A stretch of DNA of 64,000 bases from a virus. Taxonomy: Duplodnaviria; Caudoviricetes. Shown here one piece after another: positions 1-8,352 of the stretch; positions within the stretch are counted from its first letter, which is position 1; the number at the start of each line of letters is the position of its first letter. The stretch is taken from positions 50,847 through 114,846 of IMG/VR virus record IMGVR_UViG_3300030099_003199. One strand, 5' to 3'. The translations under genes were made by a program, and so were the position numbers. The notes beneath the pieces were generated by a model that made no database searches, was not told where the DNA came from, and saw only the letters and a list, made by a program, of their open reading frames with translations.

Positions 1-825
1 AAATTAAAAATGGAATTAAAAGAGCATGATATTAAAATTACTAATGATATAGATCAAGCAGATGTATTTATTACTAATGTTATGTCAAGTCAAACAGTTG
101 ATGATCATAATATACCATTGCGTACTGTTATGTTTAATATTAATAATGGTTATTCTATAACTGAGTTTACACAAGGTAAAAGAAAATGTGACCTTATTAA
201 TAAATGGATGACTGATGAAAGCATAGAACATGTAATATGGGATAATAGACGTTCTGAAGCTTTGAGTACTTATCTTGGTAGTTGTGAGTATGATTCTCTT
301 CCTTATGATACATATGTATATACAGGTATGGCTTTGAAAATTTTAGATCGTATTGTTAATGATGGTTGTGAAACTATTACTGGAGAAAGAGTTGTAGATG
401 AATCTCCTAATCAACAAATACTAACTAAGAGTTTGCTTGATACATGTTTACAAATGTATGATGCGGGTGGTGAAGATAGAGCAATGTTAGAAAAGATTTT
501 GCCTACAATACGTACTGATGTTAATCATCATTTATTATGGAAACTACATGGTAGTATTCAAGAATATCATTTTAGTTCACGTAATAAAGATATAAAGTAT
601 TGGTTCAGTAAATCACAACATTCTTGGTATTCAAGAATGTCTGCTGAAGATTTTGTAAAACAACATGATGAAGACGGAACACTTACTTCTGAGGGTTTTA
701 AATATATGGAGCCTTTGATAAGAAAAGGAATTGAAATTTATAACAGAGAGTTGTATGTATTCACAGTAAGAATTAAACCAGAGTATGAAAAAAAATATTT
801 AAAAAAATTATGTGTACACAGATGA
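1..825 (+). CDS. Hypothetical protein, probably 5'-truncated by the window; apparent paralog of the next gene
   Basis: The frame is open from position 1 (aaa tta aaa ATG). Shares motif spacing with 822..2018 (DIKITNDIDQADV vs DLKVIRNKDAADI; QMYDAGGEDRAML vs DMLKGGTPDDRAVA). Confidence 0.75.
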   Translation, partial: KLKMELKEHDIKITNDIDQADVFITNVMSSQTVDDHNIPLRTVMFNINNGYSITEFTQGKRKCDLINKWMTDESIEHVIWDNRRSEALSTYLGSCEYDSLPYDTYVYTGMALKILDRIVNDGCETITGERVVDESPNQQILTKSLLDTCLQMYDAGGEDRAMLEKILPTIRTDVNHHLLWKLHGSIQEYHFSSRNKDIKYWFSKSQHSWYSRMSAEDFVKQHDEDGTLTSEGFKYMEPLIRKGIEIYNRELYVFTVRIKPEYEKKYLKKLCVHR

Positions 826-2018
826 AACTAATTAAAATACATAGATTACGATTTGATATTGATGATCATAATACTAAAATTAAAAAAGGTCAAGTCTCTT
901 TAGACTGTGATAATGACCATGCATTTGATATGCCAAATGTAAGTAGATATAATGATGATCTAAAAAAGGCTATACAAAAAGCATTAGGACCTAATGAAGT
1001 TAAATCATTAAATAATATACGTACATTATATAGGTATCCTAATCTTAGTTTATCTAGAGATAAGGTTGCTTTTTATTGTCAAAATAATGATTTAAAAGTA
1101 ATTAGAAATAAAGATGCTGCTGATATAAGAGTTATATCTGAAAAAGGTATAGAAAAACTAATGGAATATCATTGGTCAAAGAAGTTAGTAACTCCATCTA
1201 AACTTATTAAAATAATTGAAAATCATACTGCTGCCTTTGAAACAAAAGCAGATCAATTACATTGTATAAGTATAATTAAAGATATAGATGAAGATGAAAT
1301 GATAGACATAGATTCTATAACTCGTAGATTTTATCATGCAGATAGTTGGGAACATACTATTTCTCCAATGTTAGATGATATTAAAAAATCTAACACTAAA
1401 AGCATTAACTGGTTAGTTCTAGCTAAAAACTTGGAAATGTTTAATGAGTTTATAAATCCTACATTCAAATGGATCTTAGATGAAAATTGTAATAAGCTTA
1501 TGTCTGCTGATTCAGTAGCATTAGATGATAAAAGTTTTATACAAATCAAAGATATGTTGAAAGGAGGGACGCCAGATGATAGAGCTGTTGCAATGAACCT
1601 TATGTGTAATTGTGATATAGAGACTTCTAAAACTTATTTGGCTATGTTGTTCTTTCATTTTGGTGATTCTATGAAAGGAACCAAACCTTGGAACACAGTT
1701 GGATTTAAAGCATTAAGAAAAGGTTTTCAAAAGTATTATGACAACACTTCATACAGTTATCAGCATTCATCAAGATATGAAAAACTAATTGGTATGTTGA
1801 TTGAAGATAATGCATTAACTGTACCAGCAATGGAACATGTGTTAGATTTATTATTTGAAGATGTTGTTAAGAAAGCAACAGGTCTTAATACTTCAAAAGC
1901 ATTTAAGTTAGAAAGAAGTTCAATATCATTAACACCGGATTTTAGAGCTAAAGTTAAAGAGAAATCTTTATCTACAGTAATAAAAGAAGATCCAACAGTA
2001 AATGATTTACCATTTTAA
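822..2018 (+). CDS. Hypothetical protein with SSB-like acidic C-terminal tail (NDLPF)
   Basis: Long ORF. The ATGA overlap with the upstream stop at 822-825 favours start 822 over 810. C-terminus is KEDPTVNDLPF. Confidence 0.8.
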   Translation: MKLIKIHRLRFDIDDHNTKIKKGQVSLDCDNDHAFDMPNVSRYNDDLKKAIQKALGPNEVKSLNNIRTLYRYPNLSLSRDKVAFYCQNNDLKVIRNKDAADIRVISEKGIEKLMEYHWSKKLVTPSKLIKIIENHTAAFETKADQLHCISIIKDIDEDEMIDIDSITRRFYHADSWEHTISPMLDDIKKSNTKSINWLVLAKNLEMFNEFINPTFKWILDENCNKLMSADSVALDDKSFIQIKDMLKGGTPDDRAVAMNLMCNCDIETSKTYLAMLFFHFGDSMKGTKPWNTVGFKALRKGFQKYYDNTSYSYQHSSRYEKLIGMLIEDNALTVPAMEHVLDLLFEDVVKKATGLNTSKAFKLERSSISLTPDFRAKVKEKSLSTVIKEDPTVNDLPF

Positions 2019-2020
2019 TT

Positions 2021-3007
2021 ATGACAGATAAAGAACAGATATTTAAAGACAAATATGATAGAGGAGAATTTAAGTTTTCATATTCAAGTATGAATAGACT
2101 TAGGTTCTCCCCTAAGCTTTTCTACAAGGATTATATCCTTAAAGATAGAGAGCCTAGATTAGATAAGCATCTAATAGAAGGTAGACTACTACATCTATTA
2201 TTATTGCAACCTGATAACTTCCAATCAGAGTTTGCATTGCTACCCGGTAAGATACCATCAGAAGCTGTACGTAGAGTTCTTAATGAAGTTAAAGGAGTTG
2301 CTGTAGGAGATTTAGAGGATTTAGGTCCTGAGATTATAACTGCATTGCAACACCAAAACTTATATCAATCTATCAAAGATGACTCAAAAAGATTAGCAAA
2401 AATACTCACGGATGACAACAAAGAGTACTTTAAATTTTTGCTTGTATCAGAAGGCAAAGACATCATTGATCAAGATATGTATGATAAAACATTAGAGCGT
2501 GTAGAGATTGTCAAGTCAAATAAAGATATAATGGATTTACTTGATCCAGTTATAACAGACTTTGAGTTAGATGAAACTGAAACGTTTGCAGAATCATATC
2601 TAGAATGTGATTTAAGAGATCTTAAGTTTGGTCTTAAGGGTTATGTAGACAAGTACATAATAGACCATAAGAAAAGGTCAATCACTATCATTGACATCAA
2701 GACGTCAGGCAAGTCTATTGTCAATTTTGTAGACACTGTAGATTATTACAATTATTGGATGCAAGCTGCCATTTATACTATGTTAATATTAAAAAATGTT
2801 CCAGATGGCATACAAGGTTATAAAATAAACTTTAACTTTATAGTAGTAGATACGTATAATCAAGTCTATAACTTTGAGGTAAGTGAAGTCACAATGCAAA
2901 CATGGGCTGAACAACTTATGCTTGTATTAAAGGCCTGTAAATACCACTTAGAAGAAATGAACTTTGATTTACCGTATGAGTTTATTAATAACAAAGTAGT
3001 ATTATGA
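2021..3007 (+). CDS. PD-(D/E)XK exonuclease (RecB/Cas4/ExoVIII-like)
   Basis: N-terminal FSYSS, EGRLLH, then E...KGYVD...IIDIKT (motifs II/III) and YWMQAAIY (QxxxY). Confidence 0.85.
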   Translation: MTDKEQIFKDKYDRGEFKFSYSSMNRLRFSPKLFYKDYILKDREPRLDKHLIEGRLLHLLLLQPDNFQSEFALLPGKIPSEAVRRVLNEVKGVAVGDLEDLGPEIITALQHQNLYQSIKDDSKRLAKILTDDNKEYFKFLLVSEGKDIIDQDMYDKTLERVEIVKSNKDIMDLLDPVITDFELDETETFAESYLECDLRDLKFGLKGYVDKYIIDHKKRSITIIDIKTSGKSIVNFVDTVDYYNYWMQAAIYTMLILKNVPDGIQGYKINFNFIVVDTYNQVYNFEVSEVTMQTWAEQLMLVLKACKYHLEEMNFDLPYEFINNKVVL

Positions 3008-3597
3008 TGTACACAAAATACTTTCAAAAAAGCAAGATCTTCCTCTATCCTTTATTAAACATAAGGAGAGGGGTTGATTTTGTTCCTGTAGAAACATTTT
3101 TAACCTGGGAAGAAAACTATAAAGTTAAAGATAAAAAATTCATGTGTTTGTATGAGCAAGAAGAAACAGATGAATGGAAAACTTTTGAAGCCAAATATTT
3201 ATTATCAAATATATTCTTTTATGATTATATATTATTAGATAAAGATGTACACTTATATATCTATGATTTTAGTGATCTAGGTGCAGATTATACTAAAGTA
3301 GCACGTGGTAAATATTCTGAAATATCAGAAAGAAATAAAGAAATTATTATGAACTTCTTTGGAGAAAAAGGCGCTATAGCACAATATGTAGAAGAATTTT
3401 TGTATCCAGAATATTATCATCAGCAATATGCAGATGAATTAGATGTTAACGTTGACTCATTACAATCTGTATATGAACTATGTGATAAACCTGATATGGA
3501 AAAAGAAAATTTGATATTTAAAAAACCTGACGTAAAAGCTATATTTAAGAAAAAGTTTTTATCTTTGTATTCTAATTCAAAATATATTTTAACATGA
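3004..3597 (+). CDS. Hypothetical protein
   Basis: 197-aa ORF translationally coupled to both neighbours (ATGA overlaps). Confidence 0.75.
   Translation: MMYTKYFQKSKIFLYPLLNIRRGVDFVPVETFLTWEENYKVKDKKFMCLYEQEETDEWKTFEAKYLLSNIFFYDYILLDKDVHLYIYDFSDLGADYTKVARGKYSEISERNKEIIMNFFGEKGAIAQYVEEFLYPEYYHQQYADELDVNVDSLQSVYELCDKPDMEKENLIFKKPDVKAIFKKKFLSLYSNSKYILT
3560..3567 (+). promoter_or_regulatory. Putative Bacteroidota-type -7 promoter box (TAnnTTTG)
   Basis: TATCTTTG lies 26 nt upstream of ATG 3594, inside the end of the upstream ORF. The downstream gene ends in a strong terminator, defining a small transcription unit. Confidence 0.5.
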
Positions 3598-4046
3598 GTA
3601 AAGAAAACAAAAAACCAATGTATGGACAAAACATGTTGATTACAACATCAAACTGGGGCCCATACAAAACATTTAAATTAATGCCTATCACAGAGGATTG
3701 TCCTTATGTGGAGATCATATTTGACCCAAGTAGTAAAATACTTGCTGTTATTTCTAAAATTAATAAGAGTTCATATCATTTTGTACCAAAGATTGATGAC
3801 AACGGAGATGAGGTAAAACTTAAAGTTGGCAAAAGACCTAATGGTAAAGATATTAAAGAACAAAGAGTAATGATGCAAACTCATGCTGAGTATTATATTG
3901 TTGATGATCAAGAAATCAAAGATTTTGTTAATCAGTTTGCAGTTAATGCTGACTCATATGACTATACTAGTATTATTGATAATGATGTTGAGCAAATGAA
4001 AAGAGCTTTATCTTCTGACAAAGCTACTAATCTAAACCTTGTTTAG
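3594..4046 (+). CDS. Hypothetical protein
   Basis: 150-aa ORF with its own putative promoter and terminator. Confidence 0.75.
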   Translation: MSKENKKPMYGQNMLITTSNWGPYKTFKLMPITEDCPYVEIIFDPSSKILAVISKINKSSYHFVPKIDDNGDEVKLKVGKRPNGKDIKEQRVMMQTHAEYYIVDDQEIKDFVNQFAVNADSYDYTSIIDNDVEQMKRALSSDKATNLNLV

Positions 4047-4072
4047 AGTTTTCTTTATTAACCAATCCATAG

Positions 4073-4096
4073 AAAGGGACTTCGGTCCCTTTTTTT
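4073..4096 (+). terminator. Rho-independent terminator
   Basis: AAAGGGAC-TTCG-GTCCCTTT-TTTT: perfect stem, cUUCGg tetraloop, U-tract. Confidence 0.9.
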
Positions 4097-4113
4097 GGCC
4101 TTAAATTATAATT

Positions 4114-4314
4114 ATGACAGCACTTATAGTAATAGCAACACTTTATTGCCTTTTTAGACTTTGTAAACTAGCCCTAAGTCAAGGTAGACAAATAGAAAAT
4201 CAAAAAAATCTTATAGAAAATATGACTAAATGGGAGGAAAAATATAAAGCAAAAAATGATTTTGATGCTGATATGGATGCACAAGATTCTAAATGGGGTA
4301 AACATAAAATATGA
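4114..4314 (+). CDS. Small membrane-anchored hypothetical protein
   Basis: N-terminal hydrophobic helix (ALIVIATLYCLF); ATGA overlap with the polymerase start. Confidence 0.65.
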   Translation: MTALIVIATLYCLFRLCKLALSQGRQIENQKNLIENMTKWEEKYKAKNDFDADMDAQDSKWGKHKI

Positions 4315-6308
4315 AGAGTCATTGGATAATGGATTATGAAACACTGAGTAATTTCTTTTGTGGTGTATTTAAACATTACAAAAAAGAAGAGTACAAGGTA
4401 TTTGTAATACATTCTAAAAGAGATGACAGAAAAGCATTTATAGAATTTCTTGAACAAAACAAAAAAAATAGAGAATATCATATATCATTTAATGGTTTAG
4501 GATTTGATGCGCAAATAACACATTGGTTTCTTGATAAGAAACAAGCAGTGTTAAATGCAGATATAGAAGACTTAGTTCGTCACATCTATGATGAAGCACA
4601 AGCAACAATCCAAAGATCTAATAATAAAGAATTCTCTAAGTATCCAGAATGGAAAATGACTATTCCTCAAATAGATGTATACAAGCTAAATCACTGGGAT
4701 AATATGGCCAAGCGGTCTAGTCTTAAGTGGATTGAATATACTATGGATTGGAATAACATTCTTGATATGCCTATTGATCATGAGTCAGAAATAACAACTG
4801 ATGAAGAAATTGATATGGTTATTGATTATTGTATTAATGATGTTAATGCAACTCAAGAGATCTATAATAGATCTAAAGAGCTTATAGGATTAAGAATAAA
4901 CTTATCTAAAGAATATAACATTAACTTATTTAATGCATCAGAACCTAGAATATCTAAGGAGCTGTTTGCATTCTATTTAAGTAAAGAGTTAGATATTCCT
5001 AAGTATGAGTTAAAAAAGATGAGAACATTTAGGCGTGTAATAAAACTAGAAGATATTATACTGCCTTATGTAACATTTAAGACACCAGAGTTTCAATTGC
5101 TTCTTGATAGATTTAAAACTGTAGAATTAAATCCTCTTAATATAAAAGGGGCCTTTAAGTATAGTGTTAAATACAAAGGAGTTAAAACAGATTTTGGTTT
5201 AGGTGGTGTCCACGGTGCAAATAAACCGGGAATATATGAGCCTAAAAATGGTGAGATTATTATGTCTTCAGATGTTACATCTTTCTATCCTAATCTAGCA
5301 ATTAAAAATAGCTGGTCTCCAGCACATTTACCAAAGTCACAGTTTTGTGAACTATATGAATGGTTTTTTACAGAAAGAAAAAAGATTCCTAAGAGCAACC
5401 CTATGAACTATGTATATAAAATTATACTTAATAGTACATATGGTCTTTCTAATGATAAAAATTCTTTCTTGTATGATCCGGAGTTTACAATGCGTATTAC
5501 AATCAATGGTCAACTTACTTTGATGATGCTCTATGAAATGATTATGGAAGCAATACCAGAAGCACGTGCAATCATGCAAAATACTGACGGTATTGAAACT
5601 ATTATTCCTGAGTCAGCAAAGGAAGAGTATTTTAAAGTATGTGAACAATGGGAAAAGTTAACGCAACTTAATTTAGAACATGATGAATATCAAAGACTTA
5701 TATTTGGAGATGTTAATAATTATATTGGTATTTTTAAATTTGTTGAGACAGACTTATCTACATGGAGAACAATAAAGCAAAAAAATCCACACTATTTATT
5801 TAAAGTAGAAAAAGATAAATTTTATTATGCTCCTGTTAAATGTAAAGGTAGATTTGAATTTACGGATCTAGCATTACATAAAAACAAATCTAAACTAGTT
5901 ATTCCTAAAGGTATCTATGAGTACTTTGTAAATAATAAACTGCCTGAAGATTATCTTAAGGAAAATACTAATATACTAGACTATTGTATAGGTAGTAAAA
6001 CTAATAGTGGTTGGCAAGTCAAAGCTGAATATGTAGAAAATGGTATTGCAAAATCTGATGATCAACAAAAAATTAACAGATATTATGTAAGCAATAGCGG
6101 ATCTAAGCTTGTTAAAGTTAACAAGAATGATGGGCGTGTTATACAGTTAGAAGCGGGACCTTGGATGACAACTATGTTTAATAAAATGATATTATCTCAA
6201 AAGTTTGCAGACTATGATATTAACTATAAATATTATCAGCAAGCTATTGAAAAAGAAGTCAATAATATTTTAGGTTTTACTAGCAATCAATTGAATTTAT
6301 TTGATTAA
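4311..6308 (+). CDS. polB: DNA polymerase, family B (crAss-like), with 3'-5' exonuclease
   Basis: ExoI DYETL, ExoII FNGLGFD, ExoIII YCINDV; Pol motif A SDVTSFYPN, motif B KIILNSTYG, motif C NTDG; C-terminal QLNLFD. Confidence 0.93.
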   Translation: MKSHWIMDYETLSNFFCGVFKHYKKEEYKVFVIHSKRDDRKAFIEFLEQNKKNREYHISFNGLGFDAQITHWFLDKKQAVLNADIEDLVRHIYDEAQATIQRSNNKEFSKYPEWKMTIPQIDVYKLNHWDNMAKRSSLKWIEYTMDWNNILDMPIDHESEITTDEEIDMVIDYCINDVNATQEIYNRSKELIGLRINLSKEYNINLFNASEPRISKELFAFYLSKELDIPKYELKKMRTFRRVIKLEDIILPYVTFKTPEFQLLLDRFKTVELNPLNIKGAFKYSVKYKGVKTDFGLGGVHGANKPGIYEPKNGEIIMSSDVTSFYPNLAIKNSWSPAHLPKSQFCELYEWFFTERKKIPKSNPMNYVYKIILNSTYGLSNDKNSFLYDPEFTMRITINGQLTLMMLYEMIMEAIPEARAIMQNTDGIETIIPESAKEEYFKVCEQWEKLTQLNLEHDEYQRLIFGDVNNYIGIFKFVETDLSTWRTIKQKNPHYLFKVEKDKFYYAPVKCKGRFEFTDLALHKNKSKLVIPKGIYEYFVNNKLPEDYLKENTNILDYCIGSKTNSGWQVKAEYVENGIAKSDDQQKINRYYVSNSGSKLVKVNKNDGRVIQLEAGPWMTTMFNKMILSQKFADYDINYKYYQQAIEKEVNNILGFTSNQLNLFD

Positions 6309-6319
6309 ATTTGACAATT

Positions 6320-7222
6320 ATGGGACACAAAAAAGCGGTTACAACAACCAAAATTTATTTAGAAAATGCACCCTTACCATCACATGGTAAGACGTATACA
6401 GTGGTATCACATAAAGAAGTGATGGATCACACACAAAAACTATTAAAAGTTAATGGTTTTAAAATTAATAATCAATTATTTAAAGCAAGTATGAATGCTA
6501 GAGTGGCTCAAGGGATATACAATATCTCTGGAGTTAACTCTGTATCAGACAATGAAATTAGCATGATGTTTGCTTGGACAAACTCATATGATAAAAGTAC
6601 AAGATTTCAATGTGGAGTTGGGGCTTATGTAATGGTATGTAATAATGGAATGATCCATGGTGATATGGCCAACTATGGTCGTAAACATACAGGAACTGCT
6701 AATGCAGACATTGCAGTATCAATTGCACAACAAATAAGTGTAGCTTCACAAAATTTCAATCAACTTGTTCAAGATAAAAATGATATGAAAACGGTAAACT
6801 TATCTAATAAAAAACAAGCTGAATTCTTGGGTAGATTATTTGTTGAAGAAAAACTTCTTGACTCACAACAAATGACATGTGTAAAAAATGAAATGGAAAA
6901 AGCATCATACAATTATGGAGTAAATTCTGATTGTGCTTGGTCATTTTATAATCATGTTACACATGCATTAAAATTAACACATCCAAGAAACTGGATGAAG
7001 AATCAAGCTAAGTTTCATGAGTTTATGACAGCTGAGTGTTTAAGTAATACTAAAAATAATACTAAAGACACTTACACTAATTCTGAAGATGATATTCAAA
7101 TGCCTGAAGAACATTTAATAGAACTACCTGATGGTAGAATTATTGATGAGTTAGATGCTGCAAGACCAGAAAATCATGATACTGAGGATTATGATTCTTC
7201 AAATAATGTATTTACTTTATGA
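6320..7222 (+). CDS. DUF932-family protein
   Basis: Y..VSH..., W.NSYDKS.RF..GVGAYVMVCNNG, RKHTG and AWSFYNHVTHALK match the DUF932 pattern. ATG 6320 preferred over TTG 6311. Confidence 0.8.
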   Translation: MGHKKAVTTTKIYLENAPLPSHGKTYTVVSHKEVMDHTQKLLKVNGFKINNQLFKASMNARVAQGIYNISGVNSVSDNEISMMFAWTNSYDKSTRFQCGVGAYVMVCNNGMIHGDMANYGRKHTGTANADIAVSIAQQISVASQNFNQLVQDKNDMKTVNLSNKKQAEFLGRLFVEEKLLDSQQMTCVKNEMEKASYNYGVNSDCAWSFYNHVTHALKLTHPRNWMKNQAKFHEFMTAECLSNTKNNTKDTYTNSEDDIQMPEEHLIELPDGRIIDELDAARPENHDTEDYDSSNNVFTL

Positions 7223-7629
7223 GCAAACACAGTAAATACTATTGGGATACTGAGAGAAATAAACCTTTTGGGGAAATAACTCTCAGTTGTCCTCCTGGTT
7301 TAGAATTTAATACACCATATACATTAGAAGAAATAAAAGAAGCTATGAGCAATAAACCATCTAGAAAAGACTATCCTGTATATACAGGAGTTCTTAAATA
7401 TTTTCCTGATGCTCTTATGGAGTTATCAAGAGTTTCCTTACAAGGTAATATACAACATCATCCAGATAAACCTTTACATTGGGATAAAGATAAAAGTAAA
7501 GATCATTTAGATGCTCTTACTAGACATCTTATTGATGCAGATAAAACAGATGATGATGGTATATTACATTTAGCTAAAGTTGCTTGGAGAGCACTTGCAG
7601 CTTTACAAACTAAATTAGAAAATCAATAG
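7219..7629 (+). CDS. dATP/dGTP diphosphohydrolase-like protein (DUF5664 family)
   Basis: FPDALMELSRVSLQGN..H...W......HLDALTRH....DDDGILHLAKVAWRALA pattern. Alternative start at 7345. Confidence 0.75.
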   Translation: MSKHSKYYWDTERNKPFGEITLSCPPGLEFNTPYTLEEIKEAMSNKPSRKDYPVYTGVLKYFPDALMELSRVSLQGNIQHHPDKPLHWDKDKSKDHLDALTRHLIDADKTDDDGILHLAKVAWRALAALQTKLENQ

Positions 7630-7711
7630 GAGAAGTGTTTATATGACCGGGATGTCTTCCGGTCTGAAGATAAGATGTCAATTTAATAATTGATCTAATA
7701 GGATCTTCTCC
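7629..7711 (+). ncRNA. Candidate structured RNA (three-stem junction) upstream of the tRNA
   Basis: Complementary segments GGAGAAG/CTTCTCC, GACCGGGA/TTCCGGTC and AGA(TG)TCAATT/AATTGATCT in a locally GC-richer intergenic region. No family recognised. Confidence 0.35.
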
Positions 7712-7795
7712 GGGAGTTTTTACTTGAAATAGTATTTTAATCCTTTCATTTCCTTCAATCTTACTCAAGACTGACTAATGGAAAGACATTGTGTT

Positions 7796-7869
7796 ACACC
7801 CATAGCTCAACTGGATAGAGCAACAGCCTTCTAAGCTGTAGGTTGAAGGTTCAAATCCTTCTGGGTGTA
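7796..7869 (+). tRNA. tRNA-Arg (anticodon TCT)
   Basis: Acceptor ACACCCA/TGGGTGT, D-arm GCTC/GAGC, anticodon arm ACAGC-CTTCTAA-GCTGT (TCT at 7830-7832), T-arm GAAGG-TTCAAAT-CCTTC. Followed by CTA, so CCA is not encoded. Confidence 0.95.
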
Positions 7870-7891
7870 CTATTAATCAAAACTATTAATT

Positions 7892-7984
7892 ATGGATTTA
7901 TTTTGGGCTATTATGATTTACTTTGCTGGTTTAGCCACCGGTGCCTATGCAGTTACACAATTTGATGAAAAACTCAAAAAGTAG
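7892..7984 (+). CDS. Micro-protein, single TM helix (30 aa)
   Basis: MDLFWAIMIYFAGLATGAYAVTQFDEKLKK; below the ORF-track cutoff; A/T-rich leader. Confidence 0.55.
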   Translation: MDLFWAIMIYFAGLATGAYAVTQFDEKLKK

Positions 7985-8060
7985 TTATATAGGAGCATTT
8001 ATAGGGTTTTGTGGTCTTTTGATCACAACCCTTTTACTTATTATACATAAATATATATAA
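7965..8060 (+). CDS. Micro-protein, single TM helix (31 aa)
   Basis: MKNSKSSYIGAFIGFCGLLITTLLLIIHKYI; overlaps the previous micro-ORF. Confidence 0.45.
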   Translation: MKNSKSSYIGAFIGFCGLLITTLLLIIHKYI

Positions 8061-8130
8061 TTGAGCACCTTTGGTTTTGCCATATTAGTTGCTGTATATT
8101 GGATTATCTTTATAAAATTTAAAAAAAATA

Positions 8131-8340
8131 ATGAGATATAAAGGATACATATTACAAGAAAAGATGTCTAAGACAAAAGTACCAATGCGTGTATTTAGAA
8201 AAAAGCTCTTAGAAGGTTATAAAGAAATAGATTTACCTTTTGATAAAGAGATTATTACTAATGAGAGAACGGGAATACCGTTTTTAAAAACAAAAAAAAA
8301 TGATAATGGAAATGAATTTGTATTCTGTTACTGGGAATAA
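8131..8340 (+). CDS. Hypothetical protein
   Basis: 69-aa ORF after an A-rich leader; TATCTTTA box at 8105-8112. Confidence 0.65.
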   Translation: MRYKGYILQEKMSKTKVPMRVFRKKLLEGYKEIDLPFDKEIITNERTGIPFLKTKKNDNGNEFVFCYWE

Positions 8341-8352
8341 CATTATAGTTAT

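Noticed and set aside
7645-7735. Hammerhead ribozyme (CTGAAGA after a hairpin)
   Set aside because: No GAAA directly after the second stem and no NUH cleavage triplet adjoining stem I; junction lengths do not fit.
7610-7768. Minus-strand 52-aa ORF with TTG start
   Set aside because: Opposes all neighbouring genes, has a weak start and no recognisable motif. Kept only as an alternative explanation for the structured region.
7870-7930. tRNA-associated theta (HDV-like) ribozyme
   Set aside because: The sequence 3' of the tRNA is AT-rich, shows no nested double-pseudoknot pairing and runs straight into a micro-ORF.
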